From the human T2T-CHM13v2.0 reference genome, Homo sapiens, in the NCBI RefSeq assembly GCF_009914755.1, contig NC_060929.1: a DNA stretch of 64,000 bases; one strand, written 5' to 3'. Below are positions 1 through 21,686 of this stretch, piece by piece. A program made the position numbers and the translations under genes. The notes under the pieces were generated by a model, which worked only from the letters and a program-made list of their open reading frames with translations, did not search any database and had not been told where the DNA came from. The first letter of the stretch is position 1. Every line of letters begins with the position of its first letter.

Positions 1-367
1 TAAAATAAAACAATAGTGGAATGGTGATCACAGAGGAGGGTCATTCATTTGAAGACTGATTAATAAAGATTATATAATATGAATGATAGAGAGAAAAAAA
101 GATGAAAAAGAGGAAGGTTTCAGGAACTTATGGGAAAATTATCAAAAGCTCAATGAAACCCAAACAGGTTAAATTAAAAGAAAACCACCCTCATACATAT
201 CATAATAAAACTTGAAAACCAAACACTAAAAAAATTCAGGAGAGTAGTTAAGAGAAATGTGACATATTAACACAGGAAAATAATGACTCCAGTGACCATG
301 GATTCCCCAACAGACACTAGGGAGGCCAAAAGCCACCGGAGTATCATCCTTAAAGTGCTGAAAGAAG

Positions 368-659
368 GGCCGGGCGCGGTGGCTCACGCCTGTAATCCCA
401 GCACTTGGGGAGGCTAAGGCGGGTGGATCACGAGGTCAGGAATTCAAGACAAGCCTGGCCAAGATGGTGAAACCCTGTCTCTACTAAAAATACAAAAAAA
501 TTAGCTGGGTATGGTGACAGGCGCCTGTAATCCCAGCTACTCAGGAGGCTGAAGCAGAGAACTGCTTGAACCCGGGAGGCACAGGTTGCAGTGAGCCGAG
601 ATCACACCACTGCACTCCAGTCTGGGCGACAGAGCGAGACTCTGTCTCAAAAAAAAAAA
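368..659 (+). mobile_element. Alu (S-type), full length
   Basis: Dimer, A-tail, TSD aaagtgctga. Confidence 0.95.
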
Positions 660-982
660 GTGCTGAGATAGGTATGTCTAGTGAAACTATCCTTCAGAAA
701 TGAAAGTAAAATAAAGACATTTTCAGATGAAGGAAAGTAGGAAACTTTGTGGTCAGGAAGAAAGGCTACATTGGAAGTTCTTCAGGTTGAAAAGAAGTGA
801 GCTGAGAAGAAAACTTGTATCTTCAGTAAAAAAGAAAGAGTGACAGAAATGGTAAATATCTGGATAAACATAATCAACACTTTTTCCCTTAAGATCTTTA
901 AAATCTCAATGACCATTTAAAGCAAAAGTTGTCACATTGTCTGGTATGGTTTTTAATATATGTAGATATAATACATGTGATA

Positions 983-1218
983 GGCCAGGTGTGGTGGCTC
1001 ACACCTGTAATGCCAGCACTTTGGGAGGCTGAGGTGGGCGGATTGCTTGAGGCCAGGCAAGACCAGCCTGGCCAACATGGTGAAACCCTGTCTCTAGGCA
1101 TGAGAACTGCTTGAACCCAGGAGGCAGAGGTTGCAGTGAGCCAAGATCATACCATTGCACTTCAGCCTGGGCGACAGAGCAAGACTCTGCCTCAAAAAAA
1201 AAAAAACAAAACCAAAAA
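983..1218 (+). mobile_element. Alu with internal deletion
   Basis: Left arm joined directly to the middle of the right arm (tctcta|ggcatgagaa). Confidence 0.9.
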
Positions 1219-2137
1219 CGTGACAATTATAACAAAATTGAGAAAGTATCAAGAAATTTACATGGTTGTAAAGGTACATTTTACTTAAAGAATTACAATA
1301 TCAACTCTAAATAGATGCTGAGATAGGTATGTATATTATAATGCCCCAGAGCAACCATTAAACACAAACACACACACACACATAAAATATAAACTAATTC
1401 ATGAATTAAAAAATAATACTAAAAATATTCAAATACTTCAAAAGGAGGTAGAAAAACAGGGAAGAGAGGAACAAAAACCAAAGGAGACAAAACAGGTAAT
1501 AATTTAATTAAATATAAATGCCATAAACACCTCTACTAAAAAACAAAGATTTTCAGATGGGATTAAAAAAAATGAAAGCACAACTATATGCTGTCAACAA
1601 GAAACCCATGTTAAATATAAAGATTTAGACAGGTTAAATTGAAAGGATGGGAAAAGATACTGTATGCAAACACTTATCAAAAGAAAGTAGGATTGGCTAT
1701 TTATTAGACAAGGTAGACTTCAGAACAAGGAATATTATCAGGAATAATGATGGGCATTATATAATTATAAAAGGAAGACTCAGTTCACTAAGAAAATATG
1801 ACTATTTTAGTCTTAGCTAAAGTCTAGGAGGCTGAGGAGGATCACTTGAGCCCAGGAGTTTGAGGGCACTCTGGGCAACATAGTTAGACTTCCATTGCAA
1901 AGAAAATAAACAAATAAATAAATAAAAGAAAATGTGACTATTTAAAATAACAAAATAATTTCAAAAATGTGAAACAAAAGCTGACAGAACTGAATGAGAA
2001 ATAGATAAATCCACAATTACAGTTGGAGATGTTAACATTCCTTTCTCAGTAGCCAGTAGAACAAGTGGTCAGAAAATCAGTAAGAATAGAGAAGACCTGA
2101 ACAATACTATCAATTAAGTTGACCTACTTGACATTTA

Positions 2138-2600
<463 letters not shown>

Positions 2601-3244
2601 GTTATTTGATTTGATCATAATGAAATCAAACTAAAAAACAATAAGAGAAAGATATGAGAGCCCCAAAACATTTTAAAATTAAACAACAAGCTTTTAAATA
2701 ACCTGGGTCAAAGAGGAAGTTGCAAAGGAAATTAAAAAGTAATTGGTATTGAATAAAAATGAAAATACAACATATAAAGATTTGTGGAATGAAGCTAAAA
2801 CAGTGCTCCATTTATAGCATTAAGTGAAATTTATAGCATTAAGTGCTTAAAGAATAGTCTCAAATCAATGTTCTAAATGAGCTTCTACATTAAGAAACCA
2901 TAAAAAGAAGAGCAATTTAAACCCAAGACTAATATAACAGCAGAAATCAATAACATTGAAAAGAGAAAAATCAATGAAACCAAAAGCTGGTTCTTTGATA
3001 AGGTCAATAAAATTAATAATTAGACTGACAGGGAAGGAGGAGGAGAGGAGGAGGAGAAGGAGGATGAGAAGATGACAATACAAAATACCAATATGAGGGA
3101 TGAAAGAAAGAACATCACTATAGATGCTACAGGCATTAAAAGGATAGTCAGGAAATATTTAATGCCAATAAATTTGAGTATTAAAATGAAATCTACAAAT
3201 TCCTTGAAAGACAGAAGCTACTAAAGTTTACTTAAGAAGAAACA

Positions 3245-3553
<309 letters not shown>

Positions 3554-3634
3554 AATAGGTATTTCATTGGAAGGCCATGTAACAATGAAAAGTTTAAAAA
3601 AAAAAAAAAAGAAGAAGAAATAGATAACTAAAAC

Positions 3635-4250
3635 TGAGGCAGGATAGGTAGCAAAAAAAAAAAAAAAAAAAAAAATGACCAGGTTCTCTGGACACAGCAA
3701 CTATGGTGACCATACAGTCAACACCATAAGCCTCAGCATTCTCATTGTAATTGAGCTCATTCAAGCACAGCTATCTTCAGTAGGGGATTTTCCCTGTAGG
3801 GAGCAAGCACATTTTGATTTTACCTGTCCTCCGACTGACTCTTTGTTCATTGTAATAGTAAAAAACACATCCCTGGGTAGAGATGTAAGATGCTAATGAG
3901 ACAGTGACAAATGAACAAGCATGTACAGCTACTACAGCTGTGCACCCAGAGGACCACCCAGAACATGCTTCCTGGCAACGCCTCTTCCCACCTACTTAGG
4001 AACCATCATGTAAGGCTCCCTTTAAAAGAGTCTCCCTAGTGCCAGTCTTTGCTGTCTCGTCCTTACAAGCAGCCCACTCTGAATTCTCTCTCTCTCAGGG
4101 TGTACTGTCTATTCTATACCTAACTTTCAAAATATTATTTTCCTTTTGCAATAAATCACTCTATGCTGCATCTCCTTTGCTGTGTGTCTCATGTTTAAAT
4201 TCTTTAAAGCCAAGAAGACAAGAACCGAGGTATCACAACAGCTGTCAACA
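3635..4250 (+). mobile_element. ERV solo LTR (~616 bp, family not firmly assigned; LTR47/MER72-like) inserted in the L1
   Basis: TG...CA termini, AAAC duplicated on both sides, AATAAA at ~4150; L1 sequence resumes on both flanks. Confidence 0.75.
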
Positions 4251-4507
4251 AAACCAGATAGACATCACAAGAAAACCACAGATCGATATCCTTCATGAAC
4301 ACAGACCCCAAAATCCTCACCAAAATATCAGCAAATTGAGTCCAGTAATATATAAAAAGGAAAATATACAATAACCAAGTGGTTCTTACCCCAAAAAGGC
4401 AAAGCTGATGCAATATTTTAAAATCAAGCAATATAATTTATATCAACAGACTAACAGAAGAAAAACCATATGATCATATCAATTGATACATGAAACCCAT
4501 TTGATAA

Positions 4508-4878
<371 letters not shown>

Positions 4879-5294
4879 CTCTTTTCTTTCTTTTTAACCT
4901 CAGCTTCTGCGTCTGTATAAAGAGACTTTCTTAATCCAATGAGGGCAGCTATAAACAGCCCTATTGCTAGCATCATACTTAATGATGAGATATTGAATGC
5001 CTTCCCCTTAAAATGGGGAACAAGGCAAAGATGTCCTCTCTACTATTCCTATTCAACATCCTACTGGAGGCCTTGGCTAGCACAATAAAGCAATTAAAAA
5101 ATAAAAAGCATACAGATTGAAAAGGAAGCAATAAGACCGTTTCTATTTGTAGATATGATGTCTATGTAGAAAATCTCAAGGAATCTACAAAGAAAGATAC
5201 GAGTACTAATAAGTGAGTTTAACAAGATTGCAGTACAAGATTAATATATAAATATCAATGTATTTTTACAATCTAGCAATGAACAATTAGAATT

Positions 5295-5908
<614 letters not shown>

Positions 5909-5975
5909 AGAAATTGATTTTTTTTAAAAAGTATGTTGCATAACAGCACCAAAAACATGAAATAAATATAATTCA

Positions 5976-8063
<2,088 letters not shown>

Positions 8064-8394
8064 TCATTAGTTGTTAGTGAAATGTGAATTAGAAACCACA
8101 ATGAAACACCACTTTACACCTATCAGAATGGCTAAAAAACCTGACAATTCCAAGTGCTGGTGAGGACCTGGAGCAACTGGAACTCTTGTACCTCGTTGTG
8201 ATGTAAAATGATCCAGCTCTTTTTGGAACAGTCTGGCAGTCTCTCATAAAGTCAAACATGCACTTACCACCTGACCCCAAAATCCCAGCAGCTATTCTTG
8301 TCTCTTCTTTCAATTCTTGGATTTATTTTTTTCATGGTCTTAGATTTGTAATCTGAATCCTTCTCCTATGTTCTTTGGCCTAATGGTCTTAGAT

Positions 8395-8982
8395 CAGGGT
8401 TTTGCAACTTCAGCACTACTGACCTTGAGGGTGGAGAGTTCTTTGTTGTGGGGGCTGTCCTGTGCATTTGTTGTGGGGGCTGTCCTGTGCGTTAGTTGTG
8501 GGGGCTGTCCTGTGCATTTGTTGTGGGGGCGTCCTGTGCATTTGTTGTGGGGGCGTCCTGTGCGTTAGTTGTGGGGGCTGTCCTGTGCGTTAGTTGTAGG
8601 GGCTGTCCTGTGCGTTAGTTGTGGGGGCGTCCTGTGCGTTAGTTGTGGGGGCTGTCCTGTGCGTTAGTTGTGGGGGCTGTCCTGTGCATTTGTTGTGGGG
8701 GCGTCCTGTGCATTTGTTGTGGGGGCGTCCTGTGCGTTAGTTGTGGGGGCTGTCCTGTGCATTTGTTGTGGGGGCGTCCTGTGCGTTAGTTGTGGGGGCG
8801 TCCTGTGCGTTAGTTGTGGGGGCGTCCTGTGCATTATAGGAAGTTAGCAGCATCCCTGGCTTCTACCTGCTCAATGCCAGTAGCACTGCTCCCTTATTTC
8901 CCCAGTGGTGACAACCAAAATGTTTCCAGATATTGCCAATTGGCCCCCACGGAACAAAATAGTCCCCGGTTGAGGATCACTG
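8395..8982 (-). mobile_element. MER20 hAT-Charlie DNA transposon with internal minisatellite expansion
   Basis: cagggttt...cactg termini; MER20 internal motifs (agcagcatccctggc, tgccagtagca); 8-bp TSD tcttagat/tcttagaa. Confidence 0.85.
8442..8835. repeat. Minisatellite, 16 copies of a 24-25 bp unit (GTTGTGGGGGC[T]GTCCTGTGC[ATTT/GTTA])
   Basis: Direct count of 16 TCCTGTGC cores. Confidence 0.95.
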
Positions 8983-10684
8983 TCTTAGAAGTCCTAGTAA
9001 AATATTTAAATCTTATTTGTGCCACTTCTGCTTCCATATCAAAGGGTCGCCTTGGAGATGCTATATAACCCTAGTTCAGCATCTGGCTGTGGTGTCTGCC
9101 AAAATGCCTTTCGACAGCACCATCTCAGGCATCATACAATTTAAAGGCCTCACGAGCTTAAAACTGTGCTGTTGCAAGCATGATTTCTTGATTTTCCAGG
9201 ACAGACAATTAGAAGCAGCAGTTTAGTAAAGGATTTCTGCCAAAGGCACCAAAAACACGAAGAAACGTCACACCACTGACCATGGAGGGCGAAGGCAAAG
9301 GAACAGTAAAAGTAGAGTCACATGGGACCACTTGACAAAGGGGCACAGGACTTCCATCCATCAGTATCCCCCGAGGACATTCACATACCAGCACTGCTCT
9401 CCCGCTGAGATCTACTGACAGGCAGGGGCAGGGGAACTGCATGCTGCTGGATGTCAGAAAACCTGCATTCTAGTCCAGCTACGTGTCTTCAGAAAAGTTA
9501 CTGAACTCGTTCGAGTTCCTCATTTTCTCATCAGGAAAAGCCATCTGGCTTTCAACTAAAATTTCTTTAGGGATCCTTCGAGGGTTACAATTCTGTGGTG
9601 TTACAGAGATCCAAACTATTTAATAGCTAAATTCTGTTTATTGAACTTTGCCCGGGAAGGCAGGAAAACAGAGTTCTGGAAAGATTTCCTTCAAGACTGG
9701 TTATATTTGTTTTCAGATTTCAGTGATCTAAGAAGTTACAACTGTCAAGCCAGTTTCTCATGGATGCTAGAGATTACTTGGTATATAGGAACTGAGTAGC
9801 AGACCATCAAGTCCCTTCTTACAGAGTTGTGAGAATGTATCCACATTAATTGTATATGCATATATACACATACACAGGAAGATGCAGTAAATTACTTGAA
9901 ATTGACATGAAGAATAAATAGGTCCCTGTTCAACTACCTTGCTAATAATTATTTTTCCTATATGTGTATTTCCTTATTGAAAAGTGATTAGCATGATAAA
10001 TATCCCACACCAATTGCTGTAATACTGAAGAGGGTCCCAGGAGGCTTCTCAAATCTTATTGGTTTTTTTTTTTTGGTGTGTGTTTCCCACGCCTGAATTT
10101 AAATTATGACATGCTCTCTCACACTGATTGGATCGTAGGGAAATGGACAGGGTACACACTTCCTTGCTCTGGGCTGGTTAAAGGAAAGTGCCTGTTGCAT
10201 ATGCGTATGGTCTCCCTCTCCAGCATCCACGTGTGAATTACTCTGTTGCAGCACTGGAATGGCTGATGCATCTGTAGGTAGTTCAGAGGCTGCTCACCTG
10301 GTGGGGGGGGTCTCGTCCCTTCTAATTCTGTCCATCACCCCTGCTGCTGCATCCTGACCACTATGTCAAGGGCAATAGGCCAGACCTCCCATTCCTACTT
10401 GGAATTCCTACTTCCTCACCCAGCACCTTGCAGCCCTCACAGAGGTGACCTTTGGAATCAGAGAAGGAGTTCTTAGGAGTGTGGAGTAGGCAATGGCAAG
10501 ACAGTGCCATCTGGGATATCTGGGGTTGCCATGGAGCAAAGCCTCTCACTGGCCTCCTGCCATCGCTGTGTTACATAAGTAAACTGCAGAATCAAAGCAA
10601 GAAAGTTTGCCTACACAAAAGACCAGTAACTGGGACACCATCTTACTAAACGGTGTGAGCCCTGTCCTCAAAAAGCCAAAAGAG

Positions 10685-10928
10685 TCTGGGTGCAATGGCT
10701 CACGCCTATAATCCCAACAGTTTGGGAGGCCGAGGCAGGAGGATCACTTGAGGCCAGGAATTCAAGACCAGCCTGGGCAAGTAAGTGAGACCCCTATTCC
10801 TACAAAAATTTTTTTAAAAAATTAGCAGGGTCCCAAATACTCAGGAGGCTGGAGCAGGAGGATCACTTGAGCCCAGGAGTTCAAGGCTGCAGTGACCCGT
10901 GACTGTGCCACTGCATTCCAGCCTCATC

Positions 10929-10962
<34 letters not shown>
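10685..10962 (+). mobile_element. AluJ
   Basis: ggaggatcacttgag in both arms, A-tail. Confidence 0.88.
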
Positions 10963-10963
<1 letters not shown>

Positions 10964-11259
10964 CCAAAAGAGCAAAGAAGTTAAGCTCTTTCTTTCCATG
11001 AAAACTTCTTGAAGAAAAACACCCATAGAAAAAGATATTTGAAAAAACTGAATGTGAGCGGAACCCCAGGTGCCAGATCCCACGCTCTGCCTCGTTCAGA
11101 GGCAGGCTCGAGAGCCTTCCTGGAACCCTGCTGGTGAGGAAGTCCAACTTTGTTAAGGGCAAGTTCTGGGAAAGGGTGAGGAGATCTGTGGCTTCCCCCA
11201 TCCCCTCCTAAACTAGGCAACTTCCTCTGTCGCCTCCTCTCTCTCCCACTCTTATAAGT

Positions 11260-11260
<1 letters not shown>

Positions 11261-11293
<33 letters not shown>
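11261..11293. repeat. (CA)n microsatellite
   Basis: Seen directly. Confidence 0.95.
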
Positions 11294-11295
<2 letters not shown>

Positions 11296-11862
11296 TGTGC
11301 ACATGTGACAGGGCGCAGAGCCAAGGAGGGAATGGGCATCTACCCAGCTCTTATTCCAAGCAGATACTGGGTCTAACCCTGAATGTACTTCTCATTTAAT
11401 GCTAAAACATCTATGTAAGGACAGGATGTTAACAGGATTATTAAAATAGCACACTCCTGCCTGTGGCCCACTGCCCTACGTGGTCTCTGCCTACCTGTCT
11501 GATTCTACCTTGTGCCAATCTCCCCTTTGCTTCCTAAGCTCCTGCTACATGGATGGTTTTCCAGCTCTTTGAACACTCCAAGCTCTTTCTCATACCTCAG
11601 GACCTCTGCAGGTGCTGTCCCACCCTCCTGGAAGGTTCTTAGGCCTCCCAGCATCCTTCTGTACTCAGCTTACATGTCATACACTGAGAGGCTTTCCCAG
11701 ACCCATCTAAAGCAGATCTCTCCAGATCTCTAGTCAGCCAGTCTATATGCTTCCCTAGCATGTTGGCAACTGTTTTATTTGTTCAATATTGGACTTTTTG
11801 TTTGTTTGTCTGGCTTCTCTGGAAATTAACAGATCCGGAAATTAATAGAATATATACATATA

Positions 11863-12178
<316 letters not shown>

Positions 12179-12228
12179 TAAAATTTTTTTTATCTTGATG
12201 ACTGAGTTTTTGGGTCCTCTGAAATGTG

Positions 12229-13853
<1,625 letters not shown>

Positions 13854-14638
13854 TGCCTAAGGTGACTGCCTCAACTGCTCAGCTGGCCAGGAACCCTGGC
13901 TCCCAGAGGCAGCTTCCCAAGGCCTCTGGGATGCCCCCGAATGTCATGCCCACCATGGTAAAGTCTGGAATCTGGGCTCTGAGGTCCTCTGAGGACCACC
14001 CTCAGAGGCTGCTCATCCACTGCTACCAGTTGGGAGACTGGGAACAGCCTGGACTGGCGTTCCTGCCCTGGGGGCTTCCAGCCTGCTTGTCTCCTTCCTC
14101 CACAGAGGGAGGCATGGGCTGTTCTTTGACACTCAGATGCCTCTCTCCAGAGCAGCTCGAGAGATGTGCCTCAGGACCACATACCTCCTTCCATCCTCCC
14201 CTTCCCCTTCCAACATGGGGAGGAGGAGGAGGCAGAGAGGGTGGAGCATAGAGGGCATGTTGTATGTGCCTACCCACCCAGCACCCACTCGCCCTTCTGG
14301 GAACAGCATCTCAAATTCCCCCGGACCACCAGCCCTTCCTTCTTCCCCGCTCTTTCTCGGCAGGGGTTGCTAAGCTGGGAGGATGTAAAGGAAGCTGCCT
14401 GAGGCCACAGGGTGAGGCCTGCCCTGAGCCATAGCAACACAGAGGAAAGCAGAGTTCAGAAGATGGAGAAGTGGCTCCTCATGGCGCAGCTTGGGCACAC
14501 AGATCCAGGCTCACCTGCTCCCGAGCTCTTCAGCCGTACCCCTCTGCTGCCAAGGTGAGGTTGAGGCCACGATCACTTGCAACCAAGAAGGCCCCTAATA
14601 CTCCGAGATGCCCCTGCCCCCACTGAGCACATACTCAC

Positions 14639-14818
14639 CTCTTTCTTCATCAGTTTGAGCTGCTCTTGGAACCTGGTGTAGTCCCGATCCTGCTCCAGGC
14701 GGATCCGCCTGGCCTCCTCCCGGCGGCGCACGGCATGGTCTTGCTCCATCTTCTCCACTTGCTGCTTTTGCTGACGCTCCAGGTTCTCTAATTCCGTGTC
14801 AAAGAACTTCTTCTTGGC
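14639..14818 (-). CDS. STK10: STK10 coding exon (~exon 12), 180 nt, [60 protein letters not shown], coiled coil
   Basis: tttcag|GCC ... GAG|gtgagt; the next exon (VKNEVEKLP...) is not found in 1-14638, so the gene continues beyond the left edge. Confidence 0.96.
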
Positions 14819-15273
14819 CTGAAAGGAGCAGAAATTCTGAGAAACTTAGCGAAGTCACTTTATACCTGGGAGGGACATGGGAAGTGGAATGGGGAGAACT
14901 CAGAGCTTGTGATCAGACCTAAGCTTGAATCCCAGCTCTACTACCCCGTTGCCGTGTGACCTGGGGCAAGTTACTTAGCCTGAGTCTCCATTTCCTCATC
15001 TGCAAAAGGGAGACCAGACCATGTGTTGTTGCACGGTGCTCAATACAGGTTATTTCCCCTCTGGAGATCCTCCTGTGGGACTCAGGATCGCTGTGACCTT
15101 CACGGGGTTCTGTGTTAACAAGTCACTGCCTAACAAGATCGGGAAGCCCCCAGGAATTGGGCAATTGTTGTGAATTACTCTCCACTACCCAATCATTCCC
15201 ACTATGTAGCTTCCACTGAGAGAACACCTGGAGGCAAGAAGCCCTGCAGGGTCCCATCTTTTCTCGCACTCAC

Positions 15274-15397
15274 GTTGATTTCCTGTTCAAAACGTTTATG
15301 CATTTGCTCCAGCTGCAGCTCATGCTTGTTACTCAGCTGGGTCTGGTTCCGATGCTCTTCTTTCTGGAGCAGCCGAAGCTCTCGGAGTTCCTGGCGC
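15274..15397 (-). CDS. STK10: STK10 coding exon (~exon 11), 124 nt, [41 protein letters not shown], coiled coil
   Basis: tttcag|G ... AAC|gtgagt; phase 2 to 0. Confidence 0.96.
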
Positions 15398-15938
15398 CTG
15401 AAAGGTTAAAGGATACAGATATTTCACAGTAAGAAACTGGCTTCAGAGATCACAATATTTGCAACTTGGAACACTGAAGGTTGGATCATGGAGCAAAATC
15501 ACACAAGTCTGGGGCACAGGCATGACTAGAACTCAGGCTTCATTTGATATTTATTGACAGACAAAACCTTAATAATCTTAATAAATAAAGAGTGCTTACA
15601 AATCAATAAAAAGGAAGATTATCCTAACCAAAAAAAGTGGCAAAGAACATGAACAGACATGAAGCAAAAGATAAAAAGAAATTTTAGAATCACCTATATA
15701 GATATAAAATACAAATGAAAAAGAAACTATAATTTCTTGATGTAGAAAACATAATGCAGAAAATTTGATGTAGAAACTACATTTTCATGATGTAGAAAAT
15801 TTGATGGTAGAAACTGGTACATTTCTGGAGGACAATTTGGTAATAAGCTTATGTTTTTTGACATAGTAGTTTCCACTTCTGGATACTGATTTTAAAGAAA
15901 TATTTATAGATGCACAAAACCACTGAATAAGAATATTC

Positions 15939-18040
<2,102 letters not shown>

Positions 18041-19418
18041 TCATATAATCGGAAAAAAAGAAAAAACCAAACTACTACAGAAAGAACCTAGGCCTCCTGA
18101 CTGAACTGGAGGCTCCTGGCGGCCTCTCAGGGTTGGGGTCCGTGAGGCCTGTGTCCTAGTCCAGTGCGGCACCATGCTGATTCCCATGAGGCCACGCTCT
18201 GACCCCAGTGGCCTTCCTCATGACTCGGAGGGGCCATAACTGCTCACAGAACTGCCCCCCAAGAGCAGCACAAGGAGGGGTTGGGCAGTGCAGCGAGGCC
18301 AAGAGCATTCTCTGGGGTCGCAGCGCCCCTGTGTGAATCTAGGCTCAGTCAGCTTTCCAGCTGGGTGCCCGCTCGGGGAGTCACTTATCCTTGTGGGACT
18401 CACTCCCTCCTCTGCAAAATGAGGCTAACAATCTTTACCTGTTGGGTCCTTTGAAGGATAAATGAGATGACACAGGTAAAGTGCCCACGTGGCACATGAC
18501 CAGCACTCTGTAAATGGCAACTGGTCGAATTCTACCAAGGAAGAAGAGGCAATGGCTGCCCTGCCTCTGGGAAAAGCCAGAGGCGCTTTCTACAGCCACA
18601 GAGGGAAGACTGTCTGAGCCTCTGCTTTTCTGGAAAGTGGGAAGAGAGGAGGCAGGTTTTGAGAGTGTTAACGAGGAAATGGAAATCCTGACTCAAGAGA
18701 AACTAAGGTTTAGAGAAGAACTGACAAAAAGCCTAAAAGGAGTACAGAAAGAAGGCAGGCAGCCAGCTCTAGCACTCCCTGGTCCACCTGTGCTCTCAGA
18801 AGGAAAGGCAAGCAAAGAGAAGGCTGAGGCTCAAGAGCGAGGGAACGGCAGAAGCCGTTTTAGGGAAGGACAGGAGGAACTCTGCCCGGAAGCCTCATCA
18901 GTCTGAGAATGTGATAAATGCTCAGCCACATGGTTCAGATGCCTAGGTGTGACCCAATTCTCCAAAAACGCCAGGGGTCAGGTATGACCAGGGGCCTGGG
19001 CCAGCAGGGGATGATCAGGGCCTTCCACACCCCTGTGGTCTGGTGGCCTGGCCTAGTTTACAGGCGCTCAGACCTCCAGACCACGGCAGGCAAGCGAGAA
19101 AATCCCGGTTCCTGCCGAGCACCTCTTCACCTCCTCGAGGTCTCCCCTTTTGACCCTGAGTAGCACACAGCTGCTCTGCTCAGGAGGAGGGTGGGGAACC
19201 ACAGCCAGGGCCAGAGAGCACTGCTTCTCCATGGGGTGTGGCCAATCTAGAATTTATCCCTGAGAACTTCAATTGCCCAGAGGGGAGGTGATGGAAACCC
19301 AGCTCTTGAGGTTGAAACTCAGAGTCCAGGGTGCCTCTCAGGTGACCATTAGAACAGAAGGTGGTTTCATCTGCCAAAGCAACCTGTGCCCTAGCCTCCC
19401 GACCCACACAGATGACAC

Positions 19419-19420
<2 letters not shown>

Positions 19421-19465
<45 letters not shown>
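19421..19465. repeat. (GT)n microsatellite, ~22 units
   Basis: Seen directly. Confidence 0.95.
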
Positions 19466-19466
<1 letters not shown>

Positions 19467-19544
19467 TGTATGCAGATACACTAGTGAAAAGTCTGTTTTT
19501 CCTCCCTCTGTCTCCTAGAGGGAGAAGAGATCCACAACATCTAA

Positions 19545-20873
<1,329 letters not shown>

Positions 20874-21686
20874 TCACATGTATAAAAATATGTGATTAAT
20901 GTTCTAGAAATTTTCTCTACACTAACCATGAATTTACCCTGCAAAGGCCTGGCCCCCAGGGGACTCCGTGGCTCCATGGCCTCCCTAAGTGTTAAGCTCC
21001 CCCAACCCCTGCCAGCTACATGGTCCAGTGAAACCTGAAGGAATTCTCACACACACAGACCCAGTTAGAATCTCAGCTTTACCCCTGCCTAACTGGAAGA
21101 CCCAGGGCAAGTGACTTACTTGCCCAGAAATAGTGTTTCCTCATTTGTTTAAAAAATGTGGAAATAGGGTCTCCCGAAGGAGGGCTGTAAGTGGGGGATG
21201 AACAACTGAAAAGTATAAAGCTGATCCTAGCAAACAGCTTTGCCTCACACCTTCCTCCCTGTTCCAGTCCTTTACCAACTCACTGGTTTTGCCTCCAAAA
21301 TGTAGGTCAAATCTGACCATGTTTTTCCCTCTTCCCGGCCACTGCCCCAGCCTGAGCCCAGAGCCTGCCCATCCTAGTCAAGATCTCCCTCTCTCCCTCC
21401 ACCAGTCCCTTAAACAAGCTGAGTAGTTATCCCTCAGGGCCTCAGCAACTGCAATTTCCCCTGGGCTCCCCCAGCTCTCCTCCCCTTATCCTTTAGGCCT
21501 GGCTCAGGGGCTTCCCTTGGAGCAGCCTCCCCTACTCCAAGCACTCACTATCATGTCACCTGTTACTTGTTTCATGGCATGTACCACAATCAGGGATTAT
21601 CTTGTGTACTGTATGTTGGCCCATTAGGTGTAAGTTCTACAAGGGCAATGGCCTTATCTATTTGGGTCACCACCTTGTCTCCAACC

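Noticed and set aside
2810-2845. 17-bp local duplication ATTTATAGCATTAAGTG, and similar GATGTAGAAA reiterations at ~15738-15815
   Set aside because: Ordinary slippage within decayed L1 sequence
8442-8835. CRISPR-like regular repeat
   Set aside because: Head-to-tail units without unique spacers, in human DNA, and derived from MER20
10250-10520. Scattered KLF zinc-finger-like words on the minus strand (HLCEGCKV, GEQP, PFQC)
   Set aside because: Not collinear or correctly spaced for a C2H2 array; a pseudogene call is not supportable without an alignment
14509-14517. Second good donor (CAG|GTGAGC) 124 nt downstream of exon 12
   Set aside because: The true donor is already a consensus GAG|GTGAGT, the extension contains a stop, and such decoys are common
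18514-18906. 130-aa charged plus-strand ORF
   Set aside because: Purine-rich intronic DNA with no recognisable homology or splice/promoter support
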